A stretch of 64,000 nt of DNA from Alphaproteobacteria bacterium (GCA_965225945.1 CBDDBZ010000025.1:64001-128000), one strand, 5' to 3'; numbered from the stretch's first letter, positions 1 through 10,026 are shown. Numbers and translations: made by a program. The notes: a model not told the origin generated them from the letters alone.

Positions 1-1010
1 ATCTCGAACAGCATCTGCCCGCCGACCTGGGCGGTGTTGGTGGTGGCGTCGTATTGCGGCGCCACCTCGACGACGTCGCCGCCGACGATGTCGAGGCCGT
101 CCAAGCCCTGAAACAGGATCTGCACCTCGCGCGGGCTGAGACCGCCCACCTCCGGCGTGCCGGTGCCGGGCGCGAAGGCGGGATCGATGCCGTCGACGTC
201 GAGCGAGATGTAGCAGGGCCCCTCGCCGATCACGCGGCGCGCCTCGGCGATCACGGAATCGACGCCCATGCGGTGAAAGCTCTCGGCGTGGATCACCGTC
301 ATGCCGGCCTGGTAGGAAAACTCCCAGAGGTATTCGGCCGAGCCCCGAATGCCGATCTGGATCGCCCGCTCCGGGTCCAGGGCACCGGCGAGGACGGCGT
401 GGCGGAAGGGGCCGCCGTGGTGGAACTTGGTGTCCTCGAACTGGCCGCCGGTATCGCAATGGGCGTCGATATGGACCATGCCGACGGGCCGTTTCCGGCC
501 GAGCGATTTCAGGATCGGATAGCTGATCGAATGGTCGCCGCCGACCGAAAGCGGGCGTATGCCCGCCGCCACCAGGCGATCGTAGAAGGCCTCGATGTCC
601 TCCAGCGAGCTATCCAGGCTATAGCGGCTGCGGAACGGGACATCGCCGATGTCGGCGATGCGGGCCTGCAGGCGGGGCGCGATCCGGTGGACATGGTGGA
701 AGGGGCCGATCCGTTCCATCGCGCGGATCGAGCGCGGCCCGAAGCGGGCGCCGGGCCGGTTGGTGACGCCCAGGTCCATCGGCACGCCGATGAGCGCGAT
801 ATCGATCTCGCCGAAGTCCGTGCCGTCGGCCGGCGCCGGCAGATAGGGCGCGTCCAGCAGCGTCGGCACGCCGCTATAGGGGAAGCTGCGCTTGCCGGTG
901 GCGTCGAACACGCCTTCGGCGACGCGGCGGAGTTCCGGATCATCGATCTGGTCGGCGCCGGCCTCGCCGTACTTCTCGCGCAGTCGCGCCAGTTTTTCCT
1001 CGGACGTCAT
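1..1010 (-). CDS. speB: Agmatinase/ureohydrolase family protein (3' end runs off the window)
   Basis: Manual translation from ATG 1010 (MTSEEKLARL...) gives the arginase-family motifs GGDHS, DAHCD, SLDVDGIDP.APGTGTP and EVAP; this ORF is missing from the supplied track. Confidence 0.85.
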   Translation of the reverse strand, partial: MTSEEKLARLREKYGEAGADQIDDPELRRVAEGVFDATGKRSFPYSGVPTLLDAPYLPAPADGTDFGEIDIALIGVPMDLGVTNRPGARFGPRSIRAMERIGPFHHVHRIAPRLQARIADIGDVPFRSRYSLDSSLEDIEAFYDRLVAAGIRPLSVGGDHSISYPILKSLGRKRPVGMVHIDAHCDTGGQFEDTKFHHGGPFRHAVLAGALDPERAIQIGIRGSAEYLWEFSYQAGMTVIHAESFHRMGVDSVIAEARRVIGEGPCYISLDVDGIDPAFAPGTGTPEVGGLSPREVQILFQGLDGLDIVGGDVVEVAPQYDATTNTAQVGGQMLFE

Positions 1011-1119
1011 GGCGTGCTTCGCTCCTTGGAATCTCGATCGGCGATTGTAACGCCTCGCCGAACTTCCGCCAGACGCTATGATGGCTATCGATGCACCAGA
1101 CCTGGGCGGAGAAAAGACC

Positions 1120-2022
1120 ATGGCCGAAGCGATCAGCTTCCATAGCGAAGGCTTCAAACTGATGGGTGACGTCTATCTGCCGGACGGCCTGGAGCCGGGG
1201 GAACGCCGCGCCGCCATCGTGCTCTGCCACGGCTATACCGGCGTCAAGGACCTCTACCTGCCTGATAACGCCCGGGTCCTGAAGCAGGCCGGCTACGTGG
1301 TCCTGGCCTTCGACTACAAGGGTTGGGGCGAGAGCGAGGGGCCGCGAACCCGGCTCAGCCCGCACGGCCGCGTCGCCGACGTGCAGGCGGCGCTGACCTA
1401 CCTCGCGCACCGGGGGGAGGTCGATGCCGACCGCCTGGGCCTCTACGGCACGAGCTACGGCGGCGCCACGGTGGTCTGGGTCGGCGCCCTCGACCCCAGG
1501 GCCAAATGCATCGTCAGCGTCGTCGGCATCGGCGACGGGCGGCGCTGGATGCGGAGCGTGCGCCGGCGCGACGAATGGGTCGACCTGCTGGAGCGCTCGG
1601 CCGGCGATCGGGAGCGGCGGATGCGGACGGGGGAATCGGAGTCCGTCGAGCGTTCGGAGGTGCTGCTGGCGGACCGCCAGTCGGCCGAGCTGGCGGCGGC
1701 GGCCCGCAGAGATGTGCCCACGGCGCTCAACACCCTACCGCTCGAATTTATCGACGACACGCTCGGCTTCCACCCCGAATGGGTGGTCGACAAAATCGCC
1801 CCCCGGCCGATCCTCTTCATCACCACCGACGACGACCGCCTGGTGCCGCCGGAGGAATCGATCGCGCTCCACGCCAAGGCCGGCGAGCCGAAGAAGCTGG
1901 TCATCCTGAAGGGTTACGGCCACTACGAGGTCTATGTAGAGCCAGCCTTCGGCGAGGTGATGGCGGAGACGCTGGCCTGGTACGAGACCCATCTGCCGGC
2001 GCGCTCTCAGCCTCGGGGATAG
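1120..2022 (+). CDS. Alpha/beta hydrolase
   Basis: CHGY, nucleophile elbow GTSYGG, DDRLV and GHY; GGAGA RBS upstream. Confidence 0.85.
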   Translation: MAEAISFHSEGFKLMGDVYLPDGLEPGERRAAIVLCHGYTGVKDLYLPDNARVLKQAGYVVLAFDYKGWGESEGPRTRLSPHGRVADVQAALTYLAHRGEVDADRLGLYGTSYGGATVVWVGALDPRAKCIVSVVGIGDGRRWMRSVRRRDEWVDLLERSAGDRERRMRTGESESVERSEVLLADRQSAELAAAARRDVPTALNTLPLEFIDDTLGFHPEWVVDKIAPRPILFITTDDDRLVPPEESIALHAKAGEPKKLVILKGYGHYEVYVEPAFGEVMAETLAWYETHLPARSQPRG

Positions 2023-3290
2023 GCCTCCGGACAGCTCTCGGGCCCGGGGGCGAAAATCTCCTTCGGCTCGCGCACGCCGCGCAGCGCATGGAATCCGAGC
2101 GAGACGAGCCCTTCATGGCCATGCGCCTCGGCGAATGCGGCGGAGGCGAGGAGCGGCCGGTCGAGCACCTTGCAGAGCGCTTCCATCCGTGACGCCTCGT
2201 TTACCGCCGGGCCGATCACGGTGAAGTCCAACCGCTCGCGGGCGCCGATATTGCCGTAGCGCACCTCGCCGGCGTGGAGGCCGATGCCGCAGCGGATCTC
2301 GGGCTGGCCCTCGCCGGTCCGCTCAACGTTCTCGGAGGCGAGCCGTTTCAACGCGCGCCTGGCGGCCGAGAGCGCCCTGGTGCTGTCCTCGGCCAGGCTC
2401 GAGCCCTCGGCGAAGATCGCCAAGACCCCGTCGCCCATGAACTTGAGGATCTCGCCGCCGGCGCTTTCCACCGCCTCGACCTGGATCTCGAAGAAATCGC
2501 CGAGCAGTGCGATGATCGCCGGCGCCGGCATGCGGTCCGAGAGGCGGGTGAAGCCCCGGATATCGCTGATCCAGATCACCGCGCGGAGGCTTTCGACCTG
2601 GGCCCGGCGCACGGTGCCGGCGAGCACGCGCCGCGTCGGCTCCCGCCCGAGATAGGTGTTGAGCAGGGTGCGGGTCTCTTCGTGCGCCGTCTCCACCTCG
2701 ACCCGGAGCGCGATCAACGGTAGCAGATCGTAAAGCAGGGTCAGTTGCGCGGTGGTGAAGCCGCCGGGCGACAGGGTCGCTCAGGAAATGAAGTTGATCT
2801 CTCCCGTCGAATGCACGATCGGCATGATCACATAATCGGTGCAGCCCATTTCCACCAGATCGTGCAGCACCGGAAAATCCAGCGTCGGCGACGGCCCCTC
2901 CAGACGGCGCCGGATCGCCCCGGCGCCCTCGTGAATGAGCCGTGCCGGCGAATCGAGATAGGGCGACGCCGAGCGGGTGCCGTAGCTCATGTCGTGGAAG
3001 GGAATACCGGCCTCGCCATGGCGCCAGGCGGCGGTGCGGGCCACGACCTCGGGATGGCGCGAGCTGACCGAGAGGTTGACCCGGCGGAGCGGGATGCCCT
3101 GGTCCACCAGTTTCAGACAGAGCCGCTCCAGCAGTTGGGCGAGATCGATCCGTGTCCCGCGATGCTCGACCAGCCAGTCGGCTACCGGATTGGAGGACCA
3201 ACTGGGGTGGATATGGACCAGCGTCGAGTCCGAATCGGCCGCCTCGGCGTCGCCCTCGCCCACCTCCTCGATCCGTCGACCCGTCGTCAT
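2007..3290 (-). pseudogene. Class III adenylate/guanylate cyclase with N-terminal GAF-like region, broken by an in-frame TGA at 2781-2783
   Basis: DIRGFT, KFMGDG, GIGLHAGEV and DFTVIGPAVNEASR motifs; the two ORFs are in the same frame and read ...EINFIS*ATLSPGGFT... Confidence 0.8.
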
Positions 3291-4638
3291 CGTCTCGGCC
3301 AGCAGCCCTGATTTCGTAAGTTTACATTTTCGTAACTGCCCAGGTACATGGTGGCCTTTTAGGCGGCGTGGAGACGCTCGATCAGGGTTTCGGGATTTTC
3401 CATGAGCGCCTGGATGATGTTCCAGCCCTGTTTTCTGGCGGTCGAGATGAAGCCGCGGACGGTGGCAAAGTCTTCGGCGCCTTTCTGGCTGCGGAAGCCG
3501 CCGGAGATTTTCTGCTTGACCTTCATCATGCGCCCGTCCTGCTCGGCCTGATTGTTGGTGAACGGCACGGCGAAATTGATGAGGAAGCGCAGCGCGTCTT
3601 CCTTGTGTGTCTGAAGGCGCCGGAGAAGGTTGTGCCCGGTGCGGCGCGGCTTGCTTCCCCGGCGCTTGGCCTTGCTCGATCTGGGCGCAAGAGGAGGTTG
3701 TGCCTCGTGAAAGGCGATGCCCTCGGCCGTGATCGCGTCGTAACACCCTCGGAAGCGCTCGACGAGGCCTGGTTTCAGCGCCACGCCCCGCTCCCGGGCG
3801 AGATTTACCGCGTGGCAGGCGCGGCGCAATAGTCTCTGCATCTTGCGTGCCCAGCCCTCCTTCTCGATCTCGATCAGGGCTTGCAACTCGCGCAGGTGAT
3901 GGGCGTTGCACAGCGCGTGCCGTACGCCCTCCATCGTAAAGTACGGCTTCCAGTGGTCATGGACGACGATGCCGCCGACTCCGCCGAGCAGGCTGCCGCG
4001 TCGCTCCGAGACCCGATAGAAGGTCAACCGCGCGGTCGAGGCGACGTGCAACCATTGGGTCCGCCCGGCGATCCGCAAGCCGGTCTCGTCCATGTGCTTG
4101 ACCGGCGCCGATTTCACCAGTTCGCGGATCACATCGACGACGCCTTGGACGGACTCGGCGCTGTTCCCGCCCATCCGCGCGAGGCTCGCCGGAGACAGTT
4201 CCGCCCCGAACAGATCCTTCATCAATTCAGCCAGGCGGTCCTCGGGCAGGAGTTGGTAGTGCGACAGGTAGACCACCATGGCTCCGATCCGAGCGCCGTA
4301 TTGAACCGGGCCGGTGATGGCGACGGGAAAAGAAGCCCGAGTGTACGTGCCGCAATGCCCGCAACGGCAGCGATGCGCCCGATGCTCCGTGACCACCAGG
4401 GGCCGGGGCTCGGGTAGATCGAAAACCTGGCGGGCCCCATGGCCGGTAGCCATATCCGGCGTCAATCCCGAACCACACCACTGGTACGTCTCGGGATAAT
4501 GGTCGACGGTGGCGTCGGGATCGGCGACTTGGCGCAGGGTCTCGCCCTTGTGGCCCTTTTGCCCGCCCGGCTTGCGGGCCGATTTCTTACGGAGGCTCCT
4601 GGTGCGCTTCTTTTTACCCGCCGGTGGCTTGTTCAATC

Positions 4639-5393
4639 CATGCCTATCCGGTTATCACCCACACCCACTATATGTAGTGTGTCTCCTTGGACTGCAGGCA
4701 AGGGCCGGCGCAGGCGCATTGAGGAGGCGATCCGGCTAATTCTTGATTGTTCTGAAAACCGAACCGGAGTTTAATTCACGTCACGTACTTAACATCGGGG
4801 GACGGAACGGTGGCGACCAAGGGAAAAACGAAGAAACCCACGGCCAGACGGGAAGCTGCTGATGAAACGACATCGTCTGAGCGATTGACGGCACTAGTCG
4901 AAGAAAGCGACGCGCTGGCACGAATCGTTGCGAAGAACCCGTCCGCGCCTGTTAGTCTCCTGCGCGTTTTGAGTCGCAGCGAAGACGAAGCGACACGCAA
5001 GAACGTGATCCTCAATCCGTTTACTTCATATGACGTATTGAGCGAACTTGAAAACCAGTTCACAGAGCTATTTGTGAATAATCCGGCACTCGAATCCTAC
5101 AATTCAATGAAGCTCTGATTTCCTGGAATATTCCATCGGTGTCGTTCACCTCCGATTTCAGATAAATTTCAATGAAGTGACGGTCCTTTATGCAACGTGG
5201 CGTTTTGCCAAATCCGACTCAATGATTAGGATTTCCACCACGCTAAAGTGTCGCCTAAAAGGCGCTACAATGCCGTCCGAGTCCCTGCTCGGCATCGCCG
5301 GAGATATCTCCGCTTCGACCTGCACCGAGCTTTACTCAGGAAAATGGGTGCACACTACATATAGTGGGTGTGGGTGATAACCGGATAGGCAAG
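4639..5393. mobile_element. Non-autonomous mobile cassette (MITE/MIC-like) carrying a passenger gene
   Basis: 41-bp perfect inverted repeats at 4641-4681 and 5351-5391; duplicated target GTTCAATC(CAT) at 4631-4641 and 5394-5404; visibly AT-richer interior; no transposase. Confidence 0.88.
4810..5118 (+). CDS. Small leucine-rich-repeat-variant/HEAT-like helical repeat protein (cassette passenger)
   Basis: 102 aa with repeated VAKNPSAPVSLLRVL / VILNPFTSYDVLSEL / VNNPAL units; purine-rich RBS before GTG. Confidence 0.6.
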   Translation: MATKGKTKKPTARREAADETTSSERLTALVEESDALARIVAKNPSAPVSLLRVLSRSEDEATRKNVILNPFTSYDVLSELENQFTELFVNNPALESYNSMKL

Positions 5394-5892
5394 GTTCAAT
5401 CCATCGCTCGACGGTGGCTTGCCGCTGTTCGTGCTGTTCAGGCCAAGCCGGCGCTCGAGTTCACCAAGCCGGAGTTCGAACTCGGCGAGCCGCGACCCTT
5501 GGGCCAGCACCACATCGATCAGCTCGTCTTTCGACAAAAAGGCAAGAACATCCCTATCCATCGAATCCTTAGAATCGACCAACCACCCTATGTCAAACGA
5601 AATCTAGGCCGTCAGCGCCCCAAACCCACAAAATCTGCCCCCAGAGACCCAATCCGCAGCCTCATCGAAATCAGCTACCTGGGCAGTTACACATTTTCTT
5701 TAATATTTTGTGCTGCGCGGTCCCACGCATAGTGATATAGGGCGCGCGGGGAGGACGGCGGCCGCTCTTCAGATGGGTGCGCCGTCGAGGCGACACAAGG
5801 GTTGGGCAGGCCGTCCATCGGGCGGCGCCGTCGCCGGTCGGTGAAGCGAATATCGGAGGGGCCGCCTGGCGGCGTTGGCGTCGAGTTTTCCA

Positions 5893-6861
5893 ATGAACAG
5901 GCTTTCAGTGTGCGCCGGGGCGGTGATCGCCCTGGGCCTCGCCATGATCACCGTCGCGGCGCGGTCCGGAGAAGCCGTCCGCTCCGGCGACGAGGCCGAG
6001 CTGCGTCGGATCGCGACCGGTGAGAATTACGCGGGCAAGCGGCGGGCGGGGACGAAGCCCCGGGTTGTCGGCCGGCTGGACGCGCGGCGGCTGCAGGCCC
6101 GATTTCGCGCTCTCGGCTACGATCTGGAGAAGGTGCGGGCGCGGACACGCCCGGTACCCCAAATCTTCCTCGCGGCATTACCGGAGGATCTGGGGCGGCT
6201 CCGCTTGGTGAGCCAACGCAAGCGGCTGTTCATAGGGGCCGTGCTGCCGCTGGTGCTGCGCGCCAACGCGGAGGTCGGCCGCGAGCGGCGCTTCCTGCTC
6301 GAGCTGCGGACGCGGCTCCATGCCGGGGATGAGCTCGCGGTGGCGGAGCGTCGGCGCCTCGAGGATCTGGCGCTCGGCTACGAGGTCGAATCGGGCGATC
6401 TCGACGCGCTGTTGCGCCGCGTCGACGTGGTGCCGCCTTCGCTCGCGCTGGCGCAGGCGGTGGAGGAATCGGGTTGGGGAACCTCCCGCTTCGCGCGCCG
6501 TGGCAATGCCGTCTTCGGCCAGCGCACCTGGCGGAGCGGCGGCGGGATGGTGCCGCTGCGGCGCGAGAACGGCAAGCGCCACGAAGTGGCGGCCTTCGGC
6601 GCGCTCTACGCGTCGGTCCATGCCTATCTCCGCAACCTGAACAGCCATCCGGCCTATCGCGACTTCCGCCGCCTCAGGGCACGAGCCCGGGCGCGCGGCG
6701 GGACTGCTACCGCCGCTGCCCTCATCCGCACAATGACCCGCTATTCCGAGCGGGGGCCGGCATATATCCGGGCCATTCTCGCCATTATCCGCGTCAACCG
6801 GCTGGGTGCTTACGACAAGGCGCGCCTGGCGCCGGATACGAGCGTCGGGATCATGCTCTAA
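5893..6861 (+). CDS. Bax-like glucosaminidase-domain (GH73-type) protein
   Basis: N-terminal hydrophobic anchor; LALAQAVEESGWGTSRFA, NLNSHPAY and YSERGPAY motifs. Confidence 0.85.
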   Translation: MNRLSVCAGAVIALGLAMITVAARSGEAVRSGDEAELRRIATGENYAGKRRAGTKPRVVGRLDARRLQARFRALGYDLEKVRARTRPVPQIFLAALPEDLGRLRLVSQRKRLFIGAVLPLVLRANAEVGRERRFLLELRTRLHAGDELAVAERRRLEDLALGYEVESGDLDALLRRVDVVPPSLALAQAVEESGWGTSRFARRGNAVFGQRTWRSGGGMVPLRRENGKRHEVAAFGALYASVHAYLRNLNSHPAYRDFRRLRARARARGGTATAAALIRTMTRYSERGPAYIRAILAIIRVNRLGAYDKARLAPDTSVGIML

Positions 6862-7919
6862 GGCGAGATCACGAACTGCAGGCCGAACCAGCGCCAGCGG
6901 TCGTCGCCGGCGGGCATGGTGCAGTTGATCCGCCCGCGCGGCGGGCGGAACGGCGCCGAGAGGCCTATCTCCACTTCCCGGTGCCCGACCCTGCGGATCG
7001 GCGCGGCGCCCTTGGCGTTGGAGGCATAACAGCGCAACGAATCGATCGCGCCGGACCTGGGCGCCACCCGGAAGCCGATCGTCGGTGGATTGCTCGCCTC
7101 GTCGAGCACCGTCTCGAGTGGCCTCAGGCCTTCCAGGTAGAGCGGCAGGGCGTTGGCGGCGAGGCAAAACCGGCCCGTCTGACCGAAGGCCAGGTTCATC
7201 GCGAAGCGGGGCAAGCCGAAAAGATCGGCCTCTGCGTGGGCGACGCCGGAATGCTGTCCGAAGGCGGCCTGGAAGCCGGCCTCCCGCGCCAGGCGCCTTT
7301 CCCTGAGGCCGTATTCCCCGAAGGGATAGGCCAGCAGCGTCGGCGCGAAACCCAGTTCCTCGCGGATGCGGTGGATCGAGCGGGCGAGCTCGTCGCGCGC
7401 GTCCTCCTCGCCGAGCCGCGTCAGGTGCGGATGGCCGGCGGTCTGACTGCCAATACCGACGCCGCCGGCCGCCATCTCGCGGATCTGGTTCCAGGTCATG
7501 TAGTCCGGGCGGCGCTGATCGATCGCGTCGGTGGCGACGAAGAGGGTCGCCGGAATGCCGGCCTTGCGCAGCCGGGGCCAAGCGTTGCGGTAGGCGCTGG
7601 CGAAGGCGTCGTCGATGGTAAAGGCGATCGCGCGCTCCGGCAGCGTATCGCGGCGCCGCAGCGCCTGCACGATCCGCTCCAGCGGCAGCGCGACGAGGCC
7701 CGAGCGCTCGACCTCCCCGAGATGGGCGTCGAACTGGGTGAGCGTGGTGTTGGTGCTCGGATGCCGGTCGGCGCCGAAGCGGTGGTAGGTAAAGACGACG
7801 GCGGAGTCGGCGCCGAGCACCGGCGCGGCCAGCAGCGAGGCGGCCATCGCGGCGGCCACGGCCCCCCACCGGGGCCGCGACCGGGCCGCTCGCCGCGCCT
7901 TCAGCCCGTCGCGCCGCAC
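6858..7919 (-). CDS. Polysaccharide deacetylase family protein
   Basis: YHRF, TIDDA, HPHL and AYPFGEY motifs; GTG at 7919 with GGAGG RBS. Confidence 0.85.
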   Translation of the reverse strand: MRRDGLKARRAARSRPRWGAVAAAMAASLLAAPVLGADSAVVFTYHRFGADRHPSTNTTLTQFDAHLGEVERSGLVALPLERIVQALRRRDTLPERAIAFTIDDAFASAYRNAWPRLRKAGIPATLFVATDAIDQRRPDYMTWNQIREMAAGGVGIGSQTAGHPHLTRLGEEDARDELARSIHRIREELGFAPTLLAYPFGEYGLRERRLAREAGFQAAFGQHSGVAHAEADLFGLPRFAMNLAFGQTGRFCLAANALPLYLEGLRPLETVLDEASNPPTIGFRVAPRSGAIDSLRCYASNAKGAAPIRRVGHREVEIGLSAPFRPPRGRINCTMPAGDDRWRWFGLQFVISP

Positions 7920-8069
7920 GCGCGTCCTCCCCACCCCTCGCTCCGGCCGGCTGGGAGTATATCGCGCGCCTTGCCGCCCGGGCCCACGGAAAGTAAATAG
8001 ACTGGGAATCGACCAATCATGGGTCCGAACCGCTTGGTTCGGCGATATTCGAGGAGGCGCCGCGGCCCG

Positions 8070-8654
8070 ATGCTCAACGACGCCGGCATGGACCTGATTT
8101 TCCGCAACGCGCGCACGCATTCGTTCTGGCTCGACAAGCCGGTCTCGGACGTCACGCTCGAGGCCTTGCACGAATTGCTGCGCCATGGCCCGACCAGCGC
8201 CAACTGCTCGCCGGCGCGTTTTCTCTTCATCCGCACGCCCGAGGGCAAGGCGCGCCTCTCGCCCCATCTGAGCGAGGGCAACCATGACAAGACGATGGCC
8301 GCGCCGGTCACCGCCATCGTGGCCTACGACCAACGTTTCTACGAGCTCCTGGACAAGCTCTTCCCGCACAATCTCGAGGCGCGGAGCTGGTTCGAGGGCA
8401 AAGACGAGGTCGTCTTTACGACGGCGTTCCGCAACGGCACGCTCCAGGGTGGCTATCTGATCGTCGCCGCCCGGGCGCTGGGTCTCGATATCGGCGCGAT
8501 GAGCGGCTTCGACAACGCCGGCGTCGATGCCGAGTTCTTCGCCGACGGCCGGTTCAAGTCGAACTTCCTGTGCAACATCGGCTACGGCGATCATAGCCAA
8601 ATGCCGCCCAAGAACCCCCGGCCCGACTTCGACGAGGTCTGTCAACTGCTCTGA
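8070..8654 (+). CDS. rutE: Malonic semialdehyde reductase (nitroreductase family)
   Basis: ARTH, GPTSANCSPARF, RNGTLQGGY and MSGFD motifs. Confidence 0.85.
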   Translation: MLNDAGMDLIFRNARTHSFWLDKPVSDVTLEALHELLRHGPTSANCSPARFLFIRTPEGKARLSPHLSEGNHDKTMAAPVTAIVAYDQRFYELLDKLFPHNLEARSWFEGKDEVVFTTAFRNGTLQGGYLIVAARALGLDIGAMSGFDNAGVDAEFFADGRFKSNFLCNIGYGDHSQMPPKNPRPDFDEVCQLL

Positions 8655-8675
8655 GGTCGGCCCTCGCGCCGCGCC

Positions 8676-9323
8676 ATGCGCATCCTAGCCCTCGATACCG
8701 CGCTCGATGCCTGTTCGGCCGCCGTGCTCGCCGCGGGCCGTCCGCTCGCGCGACGCTTCGAGAACCGCCCGCGTGGCCATGGCGAGCGAATCGCCGCGAT
8801 GGTCGTCGAGGTGCTGGAGGAAGCCGAGGTCCGCGCGGGAGAGCTGGATCGGATCTGCGTCACGATTGGACCCGGCAGCTTCACCGGCGTGCGGATCGGT
8901 CTCGCCACCGCCCGGGGCTACGGCCTGGCGCTCGGGCTACCGGTGGTCGGCATCACGACGCTGGCGGCGGTCGCGGCGCCGCATTGGTCGGAGGGTGCCG
9001 TCTTGGCCGCGCACGATGCCCGCCGCCGCCAAGTCTACGTTCAGGTCTTCGCCGCCGGTGGGGCACCGCTCGCCCGCCCGGCGGCGATGGCGCCGGCAAC
9101 GGCGGCGAAAACGCTGGCGGGTGGCGCGGCGACGATCGTCGGCTCCGGCGCGCATCTGGTGGCGGAATACCTGGCAGACGTCGGTGACGATCGGCTGGTC
9201 GAGGCGCGCCCGGAGGCGGCGATCTTCGGCCGGTTGGCGGCGGCACTGCCGGCGCCGGCGGGGCCGCCCGAACCGCTTTATCTTCGCACGCCCGATGCGA
9301 TGCCGCGCGACGGCAGGGCGTGA
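8676..9323 (+). CDS. tsaB: tRNA threonylcarbamoyladenosine biosynthesis protein TsaB
   Basis: LALDT, GPGSFTGVRIG and DARR motifs. Confidence 0.93.
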   Translation: MRILALDTALDACSAAVLAAGRPLARRFENRPRGHGERIAAMVVEVLEEAEVRAGELDRICVTIGPGSFTGVRIGLATARGYGLALGLPVVGITTLAAVAAPHWSEGAVLAAHDARRRQVYVQVFAAGGAPLARPAAMAPATAAKTLAGGAATIVGSGAHLVAEYLADVGDDRLVEARPEAAIFGRLAAALPAPAGPPEPLYLRTPDAMPRDGRA

Positions 9324-9768
9324 TCCACCCCGTCGGCATCGCCGCCTCGGCCCGCTTGGCGAGGCTCCACGCCCGTTGCTTCGAGGTCGGCTGGACACGG
9401 CGGGAATTCGCCGCTGTGTTGCGGGGGCGAGGCGTCCGCGCGCTGCTCGCCGGCCGGCCCGAGCGGCCGGCCGAGGATCGTGGCCTCGCGCTCTTGCGCG
9501 CGATCGAGGACGAGGCGGAAATCCTCACCATCGCCGTGGTGCCAGGGTCGCGCCGTGGGGGGACCGGACGGCTGCTGCTGGCCGCCGTCGAGGAGCTCTG
9601 TCGCGACCACGGCCCGCGGCGCCTCTTCCTCGAAGTGGCAGTCGATAACGTGGCGGCCAGGCGTCTCTACGAGGACGCCGGCTTTGCCGTGCGCTCGCGC
9701 CGCGACGGTTACTACGAGAGCCCGGACGGGGGCAGGTCGACGGCCTGGTCATGAGCAAGGATCTATAA
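9320..9768 (+). CDS. rimI: RimI-like GNAT acetyltransferase, apparent frameshift near the C-terminus
   Basis: EAEILTIAV and FLEVAVDNVAARRLY motifs; the ORF stops at 9754 but the expected tail VDGLVMSKDL* lies in another frame ending at 9768. Confidence 0.8.
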
Positions 9769-9777
9769 CCGAACAAC

Positions 9778-10026
9778 TTAGTTTTTTCTTACCCTTAATA
9801 GATGCACACCATCGGCGTCTTCCGCTTCCGGCTCCAGATAAAGGATCTGGTGGCCGTGCTCGCGGAGCGAGCGCGGGACGTTGCGCAGCGGCTCACCCGC
9901 GTTCAACCGCACCTCGGCGACGGCGCCGAGGGGAATGCGCTCGATTAGCAATTTGGTGCGAACAAAGGTCATCGGACAGACCAAATTGGTAATATCTAGA
10001 AAATGTTCCGGTTCGTCGGCGAGCAT
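9778..10026 (-). CDS. tusA: Sulfurtransferase TusA family protein
   Basis: LDITNLVCPMTFVRTKL motif (CPxP-like). Confidence 0.8.
   Translation of the reverse strand: MLADEPEHFLDITNLVCPMTFVRTKLLIERIPLGAVAEVRLNAGEPLRNVPRSLREHGHQILYLEPEAEDADGVHLLRVRKN

Larger units (their letters stand above)
3359..5561 (-). pseudogene. IS66 transposase (TnpC) split by a nested insertion
   Basis: N-terminal part ...LGLNSTNSGKPPSSDGL (5561 to ~5394) rejoins NKPPAG...KPGGQKGH...HMDETG...LCNAHHLREL...TNNQAE (to 3359); the zinc-finger CxxC reads YQWC. Confidence 0.92.
3332..5690 (-). mobile_element. IS66-family insertion sequence, single-ORF (ISBst12-like) type, interrupted by a nested element
   Basis: Perfect 15-bp TIR GTAACTGCCCAGGTA (3332-3346 and 5676-5690), 8-bp TSD ACATTTTC (3324-3331 and 5691-5698); 1596 bp once the nested insert is removed. 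Confidence 0.95.

Noticed and set aside
2781-2783. Selenocysteine or TGA recoding in the cyclase gene
   Set aside because: Many genes here end in TGA, no SECIS-like hairpin was recognised, and the context fits a Trp-to-stop mutation
4641-5391. Integron cassette or invertible promoter segment
   Set aside because: No attC core sites or recombinase; the flanking direct duplication inside a split gene indicates transposition
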